Source of the DNA: Puccinia triticina
Taxonomy: Eukaryota
Reading direction: 5' to 3'
NCBI GenBank assembly: GCA_026914245.1
Contig: CP110439.1
Coordinates: 2,232,001-2,296,000, forward strand
DNA length: 64,000 nt
Positions within the stretch are counted from its first letter, which is position 1. Each line of letters opens with the position of its first letter. The notes under the pieces are model-generated. The model saw only the letters and a list, made by a program, of their open reading frames with translations, was not told where the DNA came from and did no database searches. Position numbers and translations under genes: made by a program. Of the stretch, positions 10,550 through 24,402 are shown piece after piece.

Positions 10550-13149
10550 ATGATGGAGGGGCAGGCAATTGTCAACCGTTGGCTTGCTTCTCTGAACTAT
10601 CACGTACTAGGGCTCTGCGTAATTGTAAGCATAGACTTGTTCAACTCGATCATTCTTCGAAAGAAAAAAAAGGTGACAATTGGATTCAATCCCCTACAGC
10701 TTTGTTTGATTACCGGTGTTATCCTGATGATCAGAAGGGGAACTCGAGCATTCCACCATGGATGGTTTTTGTATGGGAAACCTCCCAGAGGCCAAGTTTT
10801 TCAGCCTGCCCACACACACCAACATCCCAAAAGCTGGCAGGCTGAATTGGGGGTACTTAGACAAATCTATGGCTTTACATTCCTTCAAAACGTCCCGCTC
10901 GTATCCAATTTCACATTCGGTCAACTCACCCTGTCAAGTGTGAGTCAGGCACTGCGCTAAGCTCTTTCTGCAGAAGTGCAAACTGATCCAACTTAATAAT
11001 TTTGATACCGATAGTTTTTTGTTGGAATGGTTGTCATCCTAGCTGTTTTGGCCAACCCGGCTCCGGCTCATAACCCTAGAAGATTTGGCTACTTGGCGGC
11101 GGCGAACATACCATTCTTGGTTTTATTTTCCATGAAAAACACTCCCCTATCATTGCTCGGCAAAGGATATGAAAAGGTAAATTTCTTCATCATTTTCTCT
11201 CACCTCAGTTGATGCGCTTCATAAATTATTGCATCATGTTTCAAAACCAAGAGTGACGATTAATATCCTCAGAAAAACTCCAGTCACCACTTTCAAAATT
11301 TCTTGCCAATCTGAGCCATTCACTGATTGGATTTTTTTAGTTAAACTTCATTCATAGATTCATTGGCTGCGTTGTGATTGTATGTTCATTGATCCACGGA
11401 GGCCTGATGGTATCTTTGATGCTGCAAGGCAATATCTCAAACATAAGAGCCTTCTATAGTGGCTGCTTTTTGGGTTTCATGTTGTTTGTGAAGCTTCCAT
11501 CTGGGCAAAAAAAAAAGTAAATCAAGGCGGAGCTGATGGTCTTCTTTCAAACTAGGTTGCTGGTCGGTATTACTGCGATTCCTGCGATCCGAAGAAGATT
11601 TTACAAGATATTCTATTTCATCCATGCGTTAGGTTATATCTCAGTATTTGCTGGCGGGATCTATCATGAGAAAGCTCTTCGGCCTGTAAGTCAATTATCC
11701 CCACAAATCTCGGACAATTTGAGCTGATTGATTTGTGAAAACACTTCAGTACATAATCTGTGCGATTTTGCTACATTCGCTTTCAAGTGGATGGCAAGTG
11801 CTCAAATGGAAGATGCACACTGCCACGCTGACACCACTTCCCGGAAAAATAACCAGAGTTGAAATCAATGGGATAAAAACTGGTTGGAAAGCAGGTAATG
11901 CATAGCTCTAGTAGAAGTGTTTTGGGAGACAGATACAACTGACGATACAAAACTCGCTAGGGCACCATGTTCGCTTAAGAGTGCTTGGTGGCTTTTGGCA
12001 AGGCTTGCAAGCACATCCGTTTACTATAGCATCTGCCCCCTCAAGGAGTGGCACTGAAACAAACAGCCTCGTATTATATATTAAGGCAGTCGGAAGCTTT
12101 ACCACAATGCTTTACGCCAAAGCAGTCACCGTTGATGGGTTCAATGATGTACGGCCCGTCTCGCAAAACAGGTTTTCCAATGGGTCGCAAAAAAATGTCC
12201 AACTCCCCAGCGACATATGCAGTTCAATCGCAAATCAAGATAAGAAGAGCTCTCTAGCGGAATCCACAAGGACTGTTGAAAGTTCAGATAAGACATGCGC
12301 TGGTTCAATATCACAAATGGTTATATTAGATTTTGGATTGCCAGATGGAGTTCAAGTTAATGTGCATGTTGAAGGGTAATAATTTCAATCATAGTCAGAA
12401 CCCTTGTAAATTATTCCAATGCTAATCTATTCCTTGCTTTTTTATTGGGAGAATAGACCTTATGGGGGACTTGGATGGCATGGATTGGACGAGTTTAAGG
12501 ATGTGATCATTTGTGTTGGGGGTAGCGGGATTTCTTTTCTGGTAGCGGTGGTGTCAGAGCTTGTTTCCTTAGCTAAAGTTGGAGGAATCACCAAGAGAGC
12601 CTTGGTTATATTTACGGTTCGAGATTGGGGTAAGAATTTATTTAAATTTCATCCAGGAGGATCAACTACATTCTAATTTTATGGGATTTTGCCTTGTATT
12701 TTGAATAGAGGTTGCCAAGTATTTTGGCCATCTCCTCACAAAAGATGTTGAAGAATCATCAATATATGGTCTTTCGCTAGATGTTAGATTTTTTGTCACA
12801 ACCAAAGTCGAAAACCCTGTTCCCTTGGGTGAAATCAAGCTACGATGGCAACGTCCGCAGCTTGATGTATTAGTTAAAGAGTTTTTGATGGACGTTGGAG
12901 GTTGCCAGGGAGTTGGTGTGGGGGCGTGTGGACCCCCTGGCTTGATGGCCCAAGTCAGAAGCTCTGTGGCAATGATTGATTTGAAAACTGCCAAGAGAGT
13001 AGGTGGTATTAGCATTTATTTGTAAGTGTGTTTTATAATTTGGTAATTTTGGAGTCTTTTCCCATTTATTTTTCTTCAAGGCAAAATTTCAGGCTCATCC
13101 TTTATTGTTTAATATATCTTCCCATTACAGTGAGGAACTTGGCTGGTGA
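10550..13149 (+). CDS. Ferric/cupric reductase (FRE family; transmembrane + FAD + NADPH domains); 5' end uncertain
   Basis: GYLAAANIPFLVLFSMKNTPL, LNFIHRFIG, RRRFYKIFYFIH, QAHPFTIAS, EGPYG, GGSGISF, CGPPGL, terminal EELGW. Confidence 0.88.
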
Positions 13150-13559
13150 GAACTGTTGATTTGGGTGTCTACAAAAAACCCATCAGAAAAGAATCACCAC
13201 AAATTTACTCAAATTTATAGCATACATGCTCCTGTATTTTTTTTACATAAATTCAGATTGGATGTGGACAAGAATTTCAAATCCTTTATATCTTACCACT
13301 TATGATTACTTCTGAGCATGGGCAATTCTTTATACTAACTCAATACATTTTATAGCCATAAAAATTGTACATATTGCAAATGCCCTTTCATCAAACAGAA
13401 AGAATCTTGAGCCATATTACTTCAAATGTCCCTATCTCTTCCAAGGAATTAATGTATTAATAGATTCCATGGTTTGGTGACCTTCACCAAGGTTCCATGC
13501 CACAATATTTTTCCATGAACTGAGATGAACAAAACTGGCTAAGATGAAGTATTCATCTA

Positions 13560-13977
13560 GGGCCCTGTTTGGCAGGGCCCAGCATCATATGCAGTAATGA
13601 TCTGCTGCGTAATAAGCCCATATAAGGTTTATGAAACTTATTGGGATTATTACCAGGCTTCAATTGTTTTACATGGTTGTTTGGGACAGCCACCGTCATG
13701 TAGCACTGAGGCTGTGGATTGAGGCGGGTGGGAAGCGGAGATTATAGGGGAATTTTGGGCTGGACCAAAATATGCCCAATGGCTGAGGGAATAATCAAGT
13801 GTCAACTCAAGGCATGAAGTTTATGACGCTTGGTGGGATGCTAAACAGCTACATGGTATGGCTTCATTTCCTATGTCCCCCCAACAATAATCTGTGAGCT
13901 TCAAGATCACACTTCAATATTTTTGTGGCCGGCCAAACAAAGCCGAGATTATGGCCCCTGCGCGGCGAAACGGGCCC
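13560..13977. mobile_element. ~420-bp MITE with GGGCC termini (Harbinger-like)
   Basis: GGGCCCTGTTTGGCAG vs rc GGGCCCGTTTCGCCG; flanked by CTA/TAG, so the TSD is ambiguous. Confidence 0.5.
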
Positions 13978-15354
13978 TAGATGATCTTTGATTGCATTAG
14001 GGGAAAGATTCATGTCTGCAAGTTAACCCACCAAAATCTACTCTTTCTCCCACAAAAAGTGGTGGCCACAGGTACATCAACTATGTGAACACCGTCTTTC
14101 TCATAAATTGAGAAGGATGCTGCAAACTAAACAAGATGCAGGAAATGGTAAGCAAATCAAACCTTTTATGCAGTTTAAACACAGTGCAGCAGGATTTTTA
14201 AAACTCATTAAATCCTTAGTGGCGCATCCAGGTCCAAAAAGAGCAAGCATCAAGATTCAGATTGAGGAGAATCCTAGCCAAAGGTACTTGTCAAAGATAA
14301 TAATAGCAAGGGTCAAAGGTAAGTGGTGTGATTAAAACTCAAGGACAGTAGACTAAATAGGAGCTTAGGAGCACACTATTTTAACCTTCTGGAAAAAGTC
14401 AAAGAGGAGCAGAACAACCCCACAGATTCCACTCAAAGAGCTGGAGAAGCAATTGATGAGTTTTTGATTTGATAATGCTGCAAAACTCCTACATTTTTCT
14501 ATCATGATTCAATAAATTATTTGAAATTTTTGGCATGCGGGAACATGAATTCCAGGTCCCCTTATGACTGTACCTGTTTTGTTTCTTAATGGGTGTTTTC
14601 AGTATACAAGGAAGCTTCAAAAAACTGCAAGAAATTCCACAGAGGACTATCAGAGGCCTGTCTATTGATTAATCAAAAAAAAAAAAAACTACAAAAAGTT
14701 GCTTCCTTCAGCCGCAGTGTGCGAAGTGTTTGGAAATGCGCGCACTGTACAGTACACAAAGTAAGTCCATAATTTTTTCAAATGAAAACTAGAATAATTT
14801 TTTAACTAAGAATTAAATCTTCTTAGTTGTTTTAATTCCTCCAGCACGGACTGGTGCACCAAAATCTATCCACCAAACGGGTCATGTGTTGAGTTGAAAG
14901 CCTCAAAACTTATTTTAACTTCAATTTTGTTACAGAAGATTAAATTTGGGGTAACTAATTCAACTCAGCAACCATATTGGGATTGAGATAATCCAAATAA
15001 TCTACTGCTAGAGTAGGAAATGATCTCCTTGAAGTTGCTAATCCTGAGAGTAATGCATGTAAGCACTGCTCCCAACCAAGAGTGGGTTTTCCAAAACCAC
15101 TCAAATTCTATAGTTTGGACAGACGTAAGCTCAACTTCATGTTCAGCCGTTTTATCTCCAGAAAGCGTGATGTGGCAAGTAATTACAGAGTTTTGAGCAT
15201 TCCTGCCACCAAAACTCAAATCTTGGCTCCCCAAAAAGCCCCTCGCTGCTGCGGGCGTGTGATCCCGCGAAGCAAGCATCCGCATCGCAAATTGCGGCTG
15301 CGAGCGCCGCAGCAGGAGGCTCGTGTCAAGTTCCTTGAGCAACATCCGGCGAAG

Positions 15355-16076
15355 ATGTTTACCTCCCCAATCCGCGATGCTCCGTCATCCAGGTGTCCTA
15401 TCCAAGAGTAAGTTTTTTGAGCTGATGTGCAAGCGCAATTAATGCATTAATAAAATTGTATTTAATAGTCATCAAGCTCGCTCACAATGGCCGATCACGT
15501 ACCTGTCTGAGTTCCTCCCACCCCTACAGCTCAAGATACTCAACCAGTAGCCATACTGATTTAAGGACATCGAAAACGATGAGGACTAGCACGAGGTTTT
15601 GGGACAACAAGTCGCTCTTATGTGTTCGAGAGCGCAACGATGACCATTTAAACTCAAGCAAGGCGAGCGAGGAGAAAGCGCTGGATTTCAATCCGGCGGT
15701 GGATGCGATGAACGCCTTTCGTATTGCGACGCTCATAGTATTTGGGGCGACCGTCCTGACGATCGGTGGGCTGAGCAAGCGATGGGAGCTCGACGGCTGG
15801 GAAGATTGGAGGATCTTCATCGAGGCCGGGCACCTCGGCAAAGCGCTGATTCCCACGGATTGGTCTCAATCTGCTTCCAAAGCCATCCCCGATCGTCTCC
15901 GTCCCACCCCCACTCCCCTCTCAGAACAAGAACTTACCGAAGAACACGAACTCATCGGAAGTTGGCACTGGAAAAAAAGGGTTGATCGCGAGTGGGAAGT
16001 CGAAAGAAATCGAAGAGAGGCCGAAAGACTTGAGTGGGAAACGCGGAGGAAAGCGTTGGGTAAAAGGATTTGGTAA
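15355..16076 (+). CDS. Probable small mitochondrial membrane protein, AIM11-like
   Basis: Arg/Ser-rich N-terminus; FNPAVDAMNAFRIATLIVFGATVLTIGGLSKRWELDGWEDW resembles fungal Aim11; intron ~15408-15468. Confidence 0.45.
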
Positions 16077-16463
16077 TTGGATAACGCATACTTAGTCAAT
16101 CAACGACTGCACCCATGCACTCTCAGTGGCCAGATGTTTGCCCCCAATTCGCAAGTTTACAATTAGTTGCCAGCCAAGATCAAATCATCAACCCCTGTAT
16201 TTTAAAAACTAAAGCTTGAAAAGCATCAATAAATCCTTCTGTCTCAAAAAGTAACCTGTTCAGGTTATGTTACGTACAAAACAAAGCTGTATTGAAACAT
16301 AGAGTAAAATGAGAACAAACCAAGCAAAATAGAAAGAGATGCAAAAATGAAGGCTACAGACATGTAGCGTTTACAGCTGGGCATCTTTCAGGATGGTTTT
16401 GTGAAGATTCATAGTAAATAGTGAAAACTCGAATAGAAGAAAGAGAGCGAGAAAACCAAATTC

Positions 16464-19400
16464 CTAGCCTTCCTTTTCGGTCAACTCGTCTTCGGAACTT
16501 TCGTCTTCATCAGTGCTGCTTCCAATAAGTGATGCCAGGTCTTCATTGACTGCCGCCACTTTAGGGTCTGGTTGTCGGCTGGCTCGTGGCCGACTAACAA
16601 AAGGGAAAAAATGGAAAAGGTTGAGCAGCCCTAAATATTCGGAATTGCTGCAGAAAAAAAAACATGGCTTACCCGGAACGTCGTGGGGCAGGCTCCTCAT
16701 TTCCACTGTCTGTCACTTCTTCATTTCTGAGACTTGCCATTGAAATTTTCGCCACGGATTTGATCGATTTTTTGGTTCTGTAAAAGAGCGCAAGAAATTT
16801 AGTACACCGCCACCAGAGGAAAAAATACCAACCGATGAACCCAATTTTGAACATTTGGATACGTAAAACTTACGGTGTTTTCTTCTTGATCACCACTTTC
16901 GCGCTGTAATCATCATTTGCAGCGTCGGGATCAGAGTTGAGATCATCGGCTTCACTACTTCCGTTTTCATCTTGGTCTTCATCGAATTCATCCAGGAAGT
17001 CTGTATATTCTTTCAAGTTCTCGTCCTCTTCTTCGCCCTCTTTGTCAGTTGGACTTGTTTTCTTGGGATCGTCGCCTAGTTGTTCAGCAAATCGTTTTTC
17101 CAAGGACGTGTGAAACTTCTTGAGCACGTTTCGAGAGAGCGAGTCCGTAAGTGGACGTTTCTAGCAGATAAGGCACGAAATGATCCAGTAGATATGGTAG
17201 CCACCGATCAATTTGAGTTTTGTAGCCACTGAGAAGAAATGACTTGGACGTACGTCACCGAGTTTGCTGATCAATAAAGACAACCCCCGCAGCTTGTTGG
17301 CGTTATCGAGTGTATCAGGGAGTGTCAACTTGGGCAACATTTGACAGAGCATCTTTCGTTCGTCCTCTGAAACGCGATGGTGACAAGTTAAGCCACAACA
17401 ATGATCACTTGGAAATATCAAAACATAAAACTAACTTTCGGTAACCCGGTAAAGATTTTTGAGGATATCTATAGCGGCATCTAAATGTAATTCCCAGTCT
17501 ACTTTGCAGCCTGGTAGAACGCTTCATTCGAAAGAGATAAAGGACCAGGCAAATGTAATGATCAGCTCGGGAAGAGTATGACCATCAAGGAAACGACCTA
17601 CACCACTTTGGAGGGGTCTGTCCAGTCGACGAGTTGCAGTGCAATCTGGCTTGGTGATAACATCTCACTCTTATCTTCTTGGTCATCATATACCCCACCC
17701 AACACATCTAACGCTGGCAGCATCATCTGTTACAATGCGAAGAGAAAAAAGAGAATGTGGGTGAAACGTCGCTACAACATGGAGCACGAGACTTGAATCA
17801 TCACTCACCGATTGCATTCGACGCTGGTTGACAGATGAACAATAGCAATACACCGGAAGGAAGTAGCTCAAACATTGTCGTAATTTTTGGTTATCGCACG
17901 TTTCTGGCGAGAAATACACGAGAACAAGCATTTGAAGGACCTGTCACGTGGCGTTAGCAGTGCCGTTGCAGACATGAGCGTAATTTCAATTAAATAAACT
18001 GCTAAAGAAGATTTCTTACCTCAGAACTAGTAATGATTCCCGATAACATGAGCTTGGATATTCCGATTACGGCCGTTGCTTGAACTTCTTTAGAGTCTTG
18101 ATCCAACGAGTATAATAGAAATTCTATGACTCTTTCCGGCTTGGAATTTAAGAAAATCAGGCATCCACACTGATGTTATGAAGTAATACATTTCATGAAC
18201 GAACCCCATGTCCCTTCTCAGCAAGGAAATCAATCCCATGCTGAAGCAGCAAGTCGAAGACGATTTTTAGCACCTTGATCCTGAGATCGATCTCTGCGGC
18301 TTGGACTTGGTGAACAAAAACTCCGAATGAATCCAATGCGATTTGCTAGGGAATGGAATTTGCATTCAAGAGATATTGAGTAAAAATAGGTCTTCCCAGT
18401 GGATCCGTGAAAGCGGACCCGCCAACATCGGGTTTCCAGCCAGTGCGATTGGTGTTGTGAGCAGGAAAGGCTGACCTTGTCTAATAGACTACAAAGCCCC
18501 AAACATACCAGACCCCGTTCACGAATCGGTGTATCCTTACATCTTACAGCGGGAACAATCAACTCGTGAACGATTCCGAACATACTCGTATTGTCTTTGA
18601 TCGACTGGAACACGCGAATTCAGTTGCACACGCCTACTCAAAAGATTAAGATAAACACTCACACCAGAGACTCGCTCCAATAGAGACTTCACAATCTCCA
18701 AGCAACGAGAGTCCAAGTCGGCGTTGGCTGGATTGAGTGTAAAGGTAGTAACTTGCAGTTTTCCATCTTTACCTTTCCTGAAGCTAGCCTCTCCCGCTCC
18801 TTCATCTGGTTCACTGTCATCATCATCATCATTGTTGTCGCCGCCTGCGGGGTCGCCATCAACGTTTTTGCTCGTGGTGAAGTTGGGGTCGGTGTCTAAA
18901 TTACACCGGAGTTCTTGAACCAATTCGACAATTACTCGCATGAAATCTCTTTCGCCGGTTGATAACTTGGATAATACTTCGAGACATCCGGGAATCAAGG
19001 AATGCGGCAAAAGTTGATCGGAGACTAGATCACCTATCGTATACAATCCCGTTGCAGATTGCTGAAAGGTTAGTAGAATGTCTTTCAAGGAAGGTGGTGG
19101 ATCTTGTGATTTACGTAACAATGAAAACATCTTCCGTCGTCCACTTTCATCGCCATAATCAGCCAACATCGCCACCGTGAGTAACTCCCGGAGGACGAAT
19201 GTCTTTTGTGCCGCCAGTTGCACTTTCTCTGCTGTTTCTTTATCTTCTATCTGGCTGGGCGATAGTCCTTCGACCGATTGCAGCAGTTCAGTCAAAGCCT
19301 GGAAATTGTGTTCCATGCGAAATGCTAGCGCAGTCACGACGGGCATGACTTCGTCGAGTTTGGTTTCATCCTAGAAAAAATCAAATAAATAATCAGCAAG

Positions 19401-21079
19401 TCACGGGCAAATGACCTGCAAATCCGAACAGTGCCAAAGTTTACCGAGAAAGATTTATAATGTTCAGCAGCAACACGTAGCAGAAACGCCCTTTCGGGGT
19501 TAATGTTTGACCACCAAGCGTCTGACCCAAACTCATCAGGCTGATCATTTTCATCGACATCGTCAGGATCCACCGTGCGGTCCAATCCATGACTTGTTAG
19601 CCATGTTTTCACTACGTGCTCGATGTTCTCAATCTTGTTCTTCTCATCCTCGTCCTCTTCGCCGAATCCCAAGGAGATCAAATCCATGGTAGCCAGGAAC
19701 GCTTCAATGTTCTCTTTGAAGCCCACCTTGATCCAGCAGTTGGCCAAGTTGGCAGTTTCTTTACGCACACTTTCCTCACGATCTTTGAGGCCTTTCAAAA
19801 TTGTATAGCGCTGGTCTAGAGTGAAACACTGGGACGGATCGGGTGGAAGTGTGGGTTCAGGCTTGGCGAGCGTTGCCAGATAGAGGTCACGATATACCAT
19901 TCGGCGTATGAGGGGGTCGATATCTCGAAGTCTAGTGAGAATAGCAGGGAGAGTCGTAGCGGAGGGTGTTTCACATAATTTATGCAAAACCGTTCGACGG
20001 ACTTCCCTATGAGGCAGAGATTCGAGTAAGATGGGCCAAAGTAGATTCAGAGATGATCGGGGTGGATGGAAAGGAGAAGATGGGCTACTAACGACGACGG
20101 ATCACGGATCATGAGGTCGATTAACGCGTCATTGACGTTTTCTTCAGAGTCTTCCTCCTCATCTTCTTCGTTGATTGGACGAAAATTCATGAGAGCTATT
20201 GCGGCTTGTTGTCGCACGTCCTTTTCTTTGTCATGAATCCGAATGAGCAGCTTATGTTTCAAATCGCTGAATAAATCATCACTGGAATCACGGTGGAGGA
20301 AATCAGATTGGTCTGTCAGTGAAATTGCCAGTTTGATGAGAACGTGAAAGTCTGATGAAGAGATTTGTTTGTTTTTTTATGCTCGTACTCAATTTCTTCT
20401 AAGCTGTTGACGACATATGCTATGAGCTGGCAGCATCGAAAACGGACAAATCTGTTCTTGGCTTCAAACCCGCGGCTGAGATATTTGATGGAATGGAGCA
20501 GGAATCGATTGGTAGGCGTCTGATCAGCAGATTCTTTGTGAGGGTCTGATTGGCGCATACAGCAGCGGGTGAAAACGATGATGTATGAGTACTCATTAAC
20601 TTGATGAGTGAACGTCTTGGAACCTTGATCCGAAAACAAGAGTATTTACCATGTTCGGTGGCAAACGCGCAGAAGGCCCCAAAGAATCGAACCACTCGAT
20701 CCGCTTCGACGACGCCTTTCTTGGTAGTGACTAGATTGTCGAGTACCGTGTAACATGCCTCGGTGAAATTCTTCTCTCCGATCAACTTGATAGTCTTGTC
20801 GGCTCCGCCTTCACTCTCAATCTGCTCTCGGACCTCCGTTGATGACAGAAACAGGCTGTGAAGATTGTTGACGAGTTTTCTGTGGCTGGTTAAGGCGTGT
20901 TGTGACTTATTGAAGAGGGTGAGGATCGAATTGGTCAAGCTAGTCAGGGTGTTTTCGTGTTTTGAGGGTTTGGCGGTCTGGGTTTCTTCTGGCTTCTCCT
21001 TCTCTTGCTCGTTCGTTGATTTGGGTGCTGGTTTTTTGCTGGTCTTCTTGGCCCTGCTTCCAGCCGCCTGTCGTGCCAT
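16464..21079 (-). CDS. YCG1: Condensin subunit CAP-G (Ycg1/Cnd3), HEAT repeats
   Basis: SQHALTSHRKL, RGFEAKNRFVRFRCCQLI, RIHDKEKDVRQQAA, RLRDIDPLIRR, DYGDESGRRKM, IRERGLVCLGLCSLLDK, LRQCLSYFLPVYC; ATG at 21079. Confidence 0.92.
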
Positions 21080-21381
21080 CGTGTTGACCGCGTAGTGGTG
21101 CTTGTGAGGTTGTGTTGGCCTCCGCGGGAAAACCAAAGGTCCAACTGGGTCCTACTCCCCGGCTCCCGTCCACATCCCCGACTACCCCGGGACACCCGAA
21201 TACATACATGATCGACATCAGCAAAATATTTGAGCACGCATACATACACCGGCACGCCTTTCAACTCCCATTCGACTTCTCTTCGGTCAGGTAGATCAGT
21301 ACTTCTCTAATCCCCCCTGAGAGCCGAGGGACTGATGGTGCATGTATGTATACTCTCATTTGAAGCTGATAAGCCAACGCC

Positions 21382-23338
21382 ATGGCCTGCCGGAAGCGCC
21401 AGCGCCCCAGTGCGAGAGATTTCTTCGATTGTCCCCCACCTGAGGCTTGTGCGATCGAGAATCCGTCGGATAGCAGACCTGTCGACTTTCTGGTGGACAC
21501 CCAAGAGGACAGCGCGCGTCCAGAGGAATACTTGTCCAAACTAGAAGAAATGAATAGTCACGAGCGAGTCATCGAACTCTTACGCGGGAAGAACCGATTT
21601 GACTTCAGGGAGTCGTCGTCGAACGATAAATATCTATTTATTTTCAAATCAAAACAGTCCGATGGTGTAATGAAAGATAAGTTACACCTTTACGACATTG
21701 CAAGGCTTTTGTGGGGTCCGGGCAGAAAGGATGTGGCCGATGGGAAGGCCATCTACGCAGGCCGGTTGAGCTTCCGAGTGGACGACACCCGAGGTATAAC
21801 GACTGACGACGTTTATACTATCGAATTCTCTTCCCAAAGATTGGCTGAACTCGCAAGCGGGGTGGTTGAATTTCGACTCAACTCACACTTGATGTCATTA
21901 CAAAAAGAAGAAGATAAATCGGTGTTGCTCATTCAAGCAAAGATCGGCTCATCCCGCTGGTTGGTCAAAGATTCCGAATCCCACATGGTCGAGTCCAAAT
22001 GGCGAGTGATTCGCAAGCAAATCGCATTTGTGAGGCCTCTGGCAAAACATGAATCAACTCCTCCCAAAGTCGAAATGCCACTCCCCAAAGCCGATCAAAT
22101 GGCTTTCGAAATCTCTCAACTTCCCTCCGCCTTCACCGTTCCCCAAATCGTTGAAAACCTGTCGCAACTCAAACTTTTTAATCTCCCAATCCAGATCAAG
22201 TTGACCCAAGAATCAAACTCGGATTCTCCAATCCGCATCCTTCTAAAATTTGGTGACCGGACCTCGGCTGTGATCTGTAAAATCAATCTCTACAAGTTTG
22301 GATTGACACTTGACAAATGCAACAGAATTAGATTCTTGATTGATGAAGGCGAGTCTCTTTTTTTTCTACTTGGCATGTTATTTCTCCACCTCGTCCTCAT
22401 ATCCTTTCTGTCCTGTCTGACGAGCTTTAGGAGATAGCTCGGTCAAAGATACTTGGAATATTTGGTCCAACGCGACAACATGGGATGAAGAGCAGATCCA
22501 ACTTTTTGGTAAGTTTCCAACTTGTTGTCACACAATGTTCAAAAATTTTCTCATCATGTATTTTGTCTTAGTGAAATCTAAGAATTGCGATGATGCAGTT
22601 AAGTCGGAAGACGAGATTGACCAGCTTGAAGACAAACCCGAATTGACAAGCGCAGGCAGTGAGTGCCAAGACATCGACGAGCTTCTCAAGGGCTCCGACG
22701 AGTCTGATACGCCACATTCAAGGCCGCCCCGATCACTTCATAGTATGCCTTATCTCCAGTCACTTCGGCGTCGTCAAGCCGAAGCCGAAAATCTGATCGA
22801 AAAGCTCACGGTGGAGGCTGAGGAAGAGTATCTGGAGACAAAAGCCGCGGCTGATGGTAAACCAAGATCTGAATTCTACCGTGTATCCGAGCAGGTTGGG
22901 GAAGACAAAAAATACAACAAGCTAATGAAGCAGATGAGGCGAAGACGAGCGATGAGACGTGAGCTCAAGAACTATCGGAAAAAAAATCCATTGCCGACAA
23001 AAGTCAAGCAACAACGTAAGGAGTGGAGAAGAGAACAACGACAAGGGTTCAGAGGAGAGGCAATCGAGTCGGGAGATGAATCTGGCGAGGAAGATTCAGA
23101 CGATTCTGGACACGAATCCGATGCGTCCGATGAACCCGACGAGCGCTATCTGGCAACATGCTCACGAGAGGAGTGGGAAACAATCCGCAAGAAACGGCGT
23201 GTCAGAAGAGTCATGGAAGAGTGAGTTGGATCTGTTTCTCTCCACTCACGCGTGCCCTGTTCTTTGACTAATGTCTTTCATTTGCTTTACAGAAAGGAGA
23301 ACAGCCCAAGCGCTGCAGTTGTTGATAAAGAAAAGTAA
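21382..23338 (+). CDS. Hypothetical protein; acidic/basic C-terminal region with NLS-like clusters
   Basis: Long ORFs of 351 and 229 aa joined by plausible introns; divergent from YCG1; no family recognised. Confidence 0.6.
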
Positions 23339-24402
23339 GCAATACGTTTACACAACTGATTCTTACCTCACATCTCATCACCAATTTTCTCAGGATATTT
23401 ATTTTTGACTGATTATGTATTTCTCAAAGCAGAACGTTGGTCACCAACAGTGAGGTTTTCCAACACAAATATTCCAGGCCCAACGAGCCGTTACCATGTG
23501 ATGTCGAATAGTGGCTGTTGTTCTGCTTGACAGTTTTTATTATTATAACTAACAATTAACTTATCTTGGTCATGTATTACGAGTCTCACTTCTATCACGT
23601 TTAAAAACACTTATTCCTGATTGAATCACTGTCTGTAACTTCCACTTTGTGATACCAAAAAAATCGTTTAATCTTATCTGGGTTCTTTGTCCGTGATCCT
23701 CATATAAATTTACAACATGCATGCAAATATAAAAATTGTAATAGCAGTGAGCCACTGATATGGAGGTTTGGAGCCTTGTGCATTGGTATAGAAGCTGGAC
23801 CCCCCTGAACCTCTTGCTTCAATTTCATGTACCGGGACAACCTCACTGGACAAGTATGTTACAATCTTAGAAATTAAAAGTAACAGCAAAAATGCCATGC
23901 CGGTCGGTAAGAGATGACAAAGGCCTGGTGACTATTAACTCTGAATCCTCAGAAGTTGAACCCAGGAATCTAGTAATGACATTGAATCTTGTTTTTGAGG
24001 ATCTCCTGCGCGATAAATCAAGACCGAAGAAATGTAAGGGTAAAACAACACATGTTTCGTTCCCTGTAACGAGTGACGGGACTGTAACTTAAGCTACTAC
24101 ATAACTTCCTGCCATTAATGAACATGTCAAATAATCATATGTATATAAATATGTCTTGTATTTCCAAGACCCTTCAAATACATTTTAAGGAGTGTTTCAA
24201 TGTTACTCAGCATCGCTTAAAACACTTTTCTCCTCCGAACTTACCACAAAATTCCCTCGCCTGCCGTAGCGCACGGCGCAAATTGCCTCGCTGCGGGACT
24301 CTCACTGGGAGGATTTTATAAGCTTGATTCTCCTTTGGGTCATCAAATTTGTAGGTTTCCCTTCAATTCCCAACAATAGGAATACTCGAAGGGGTATACA
24401 AA

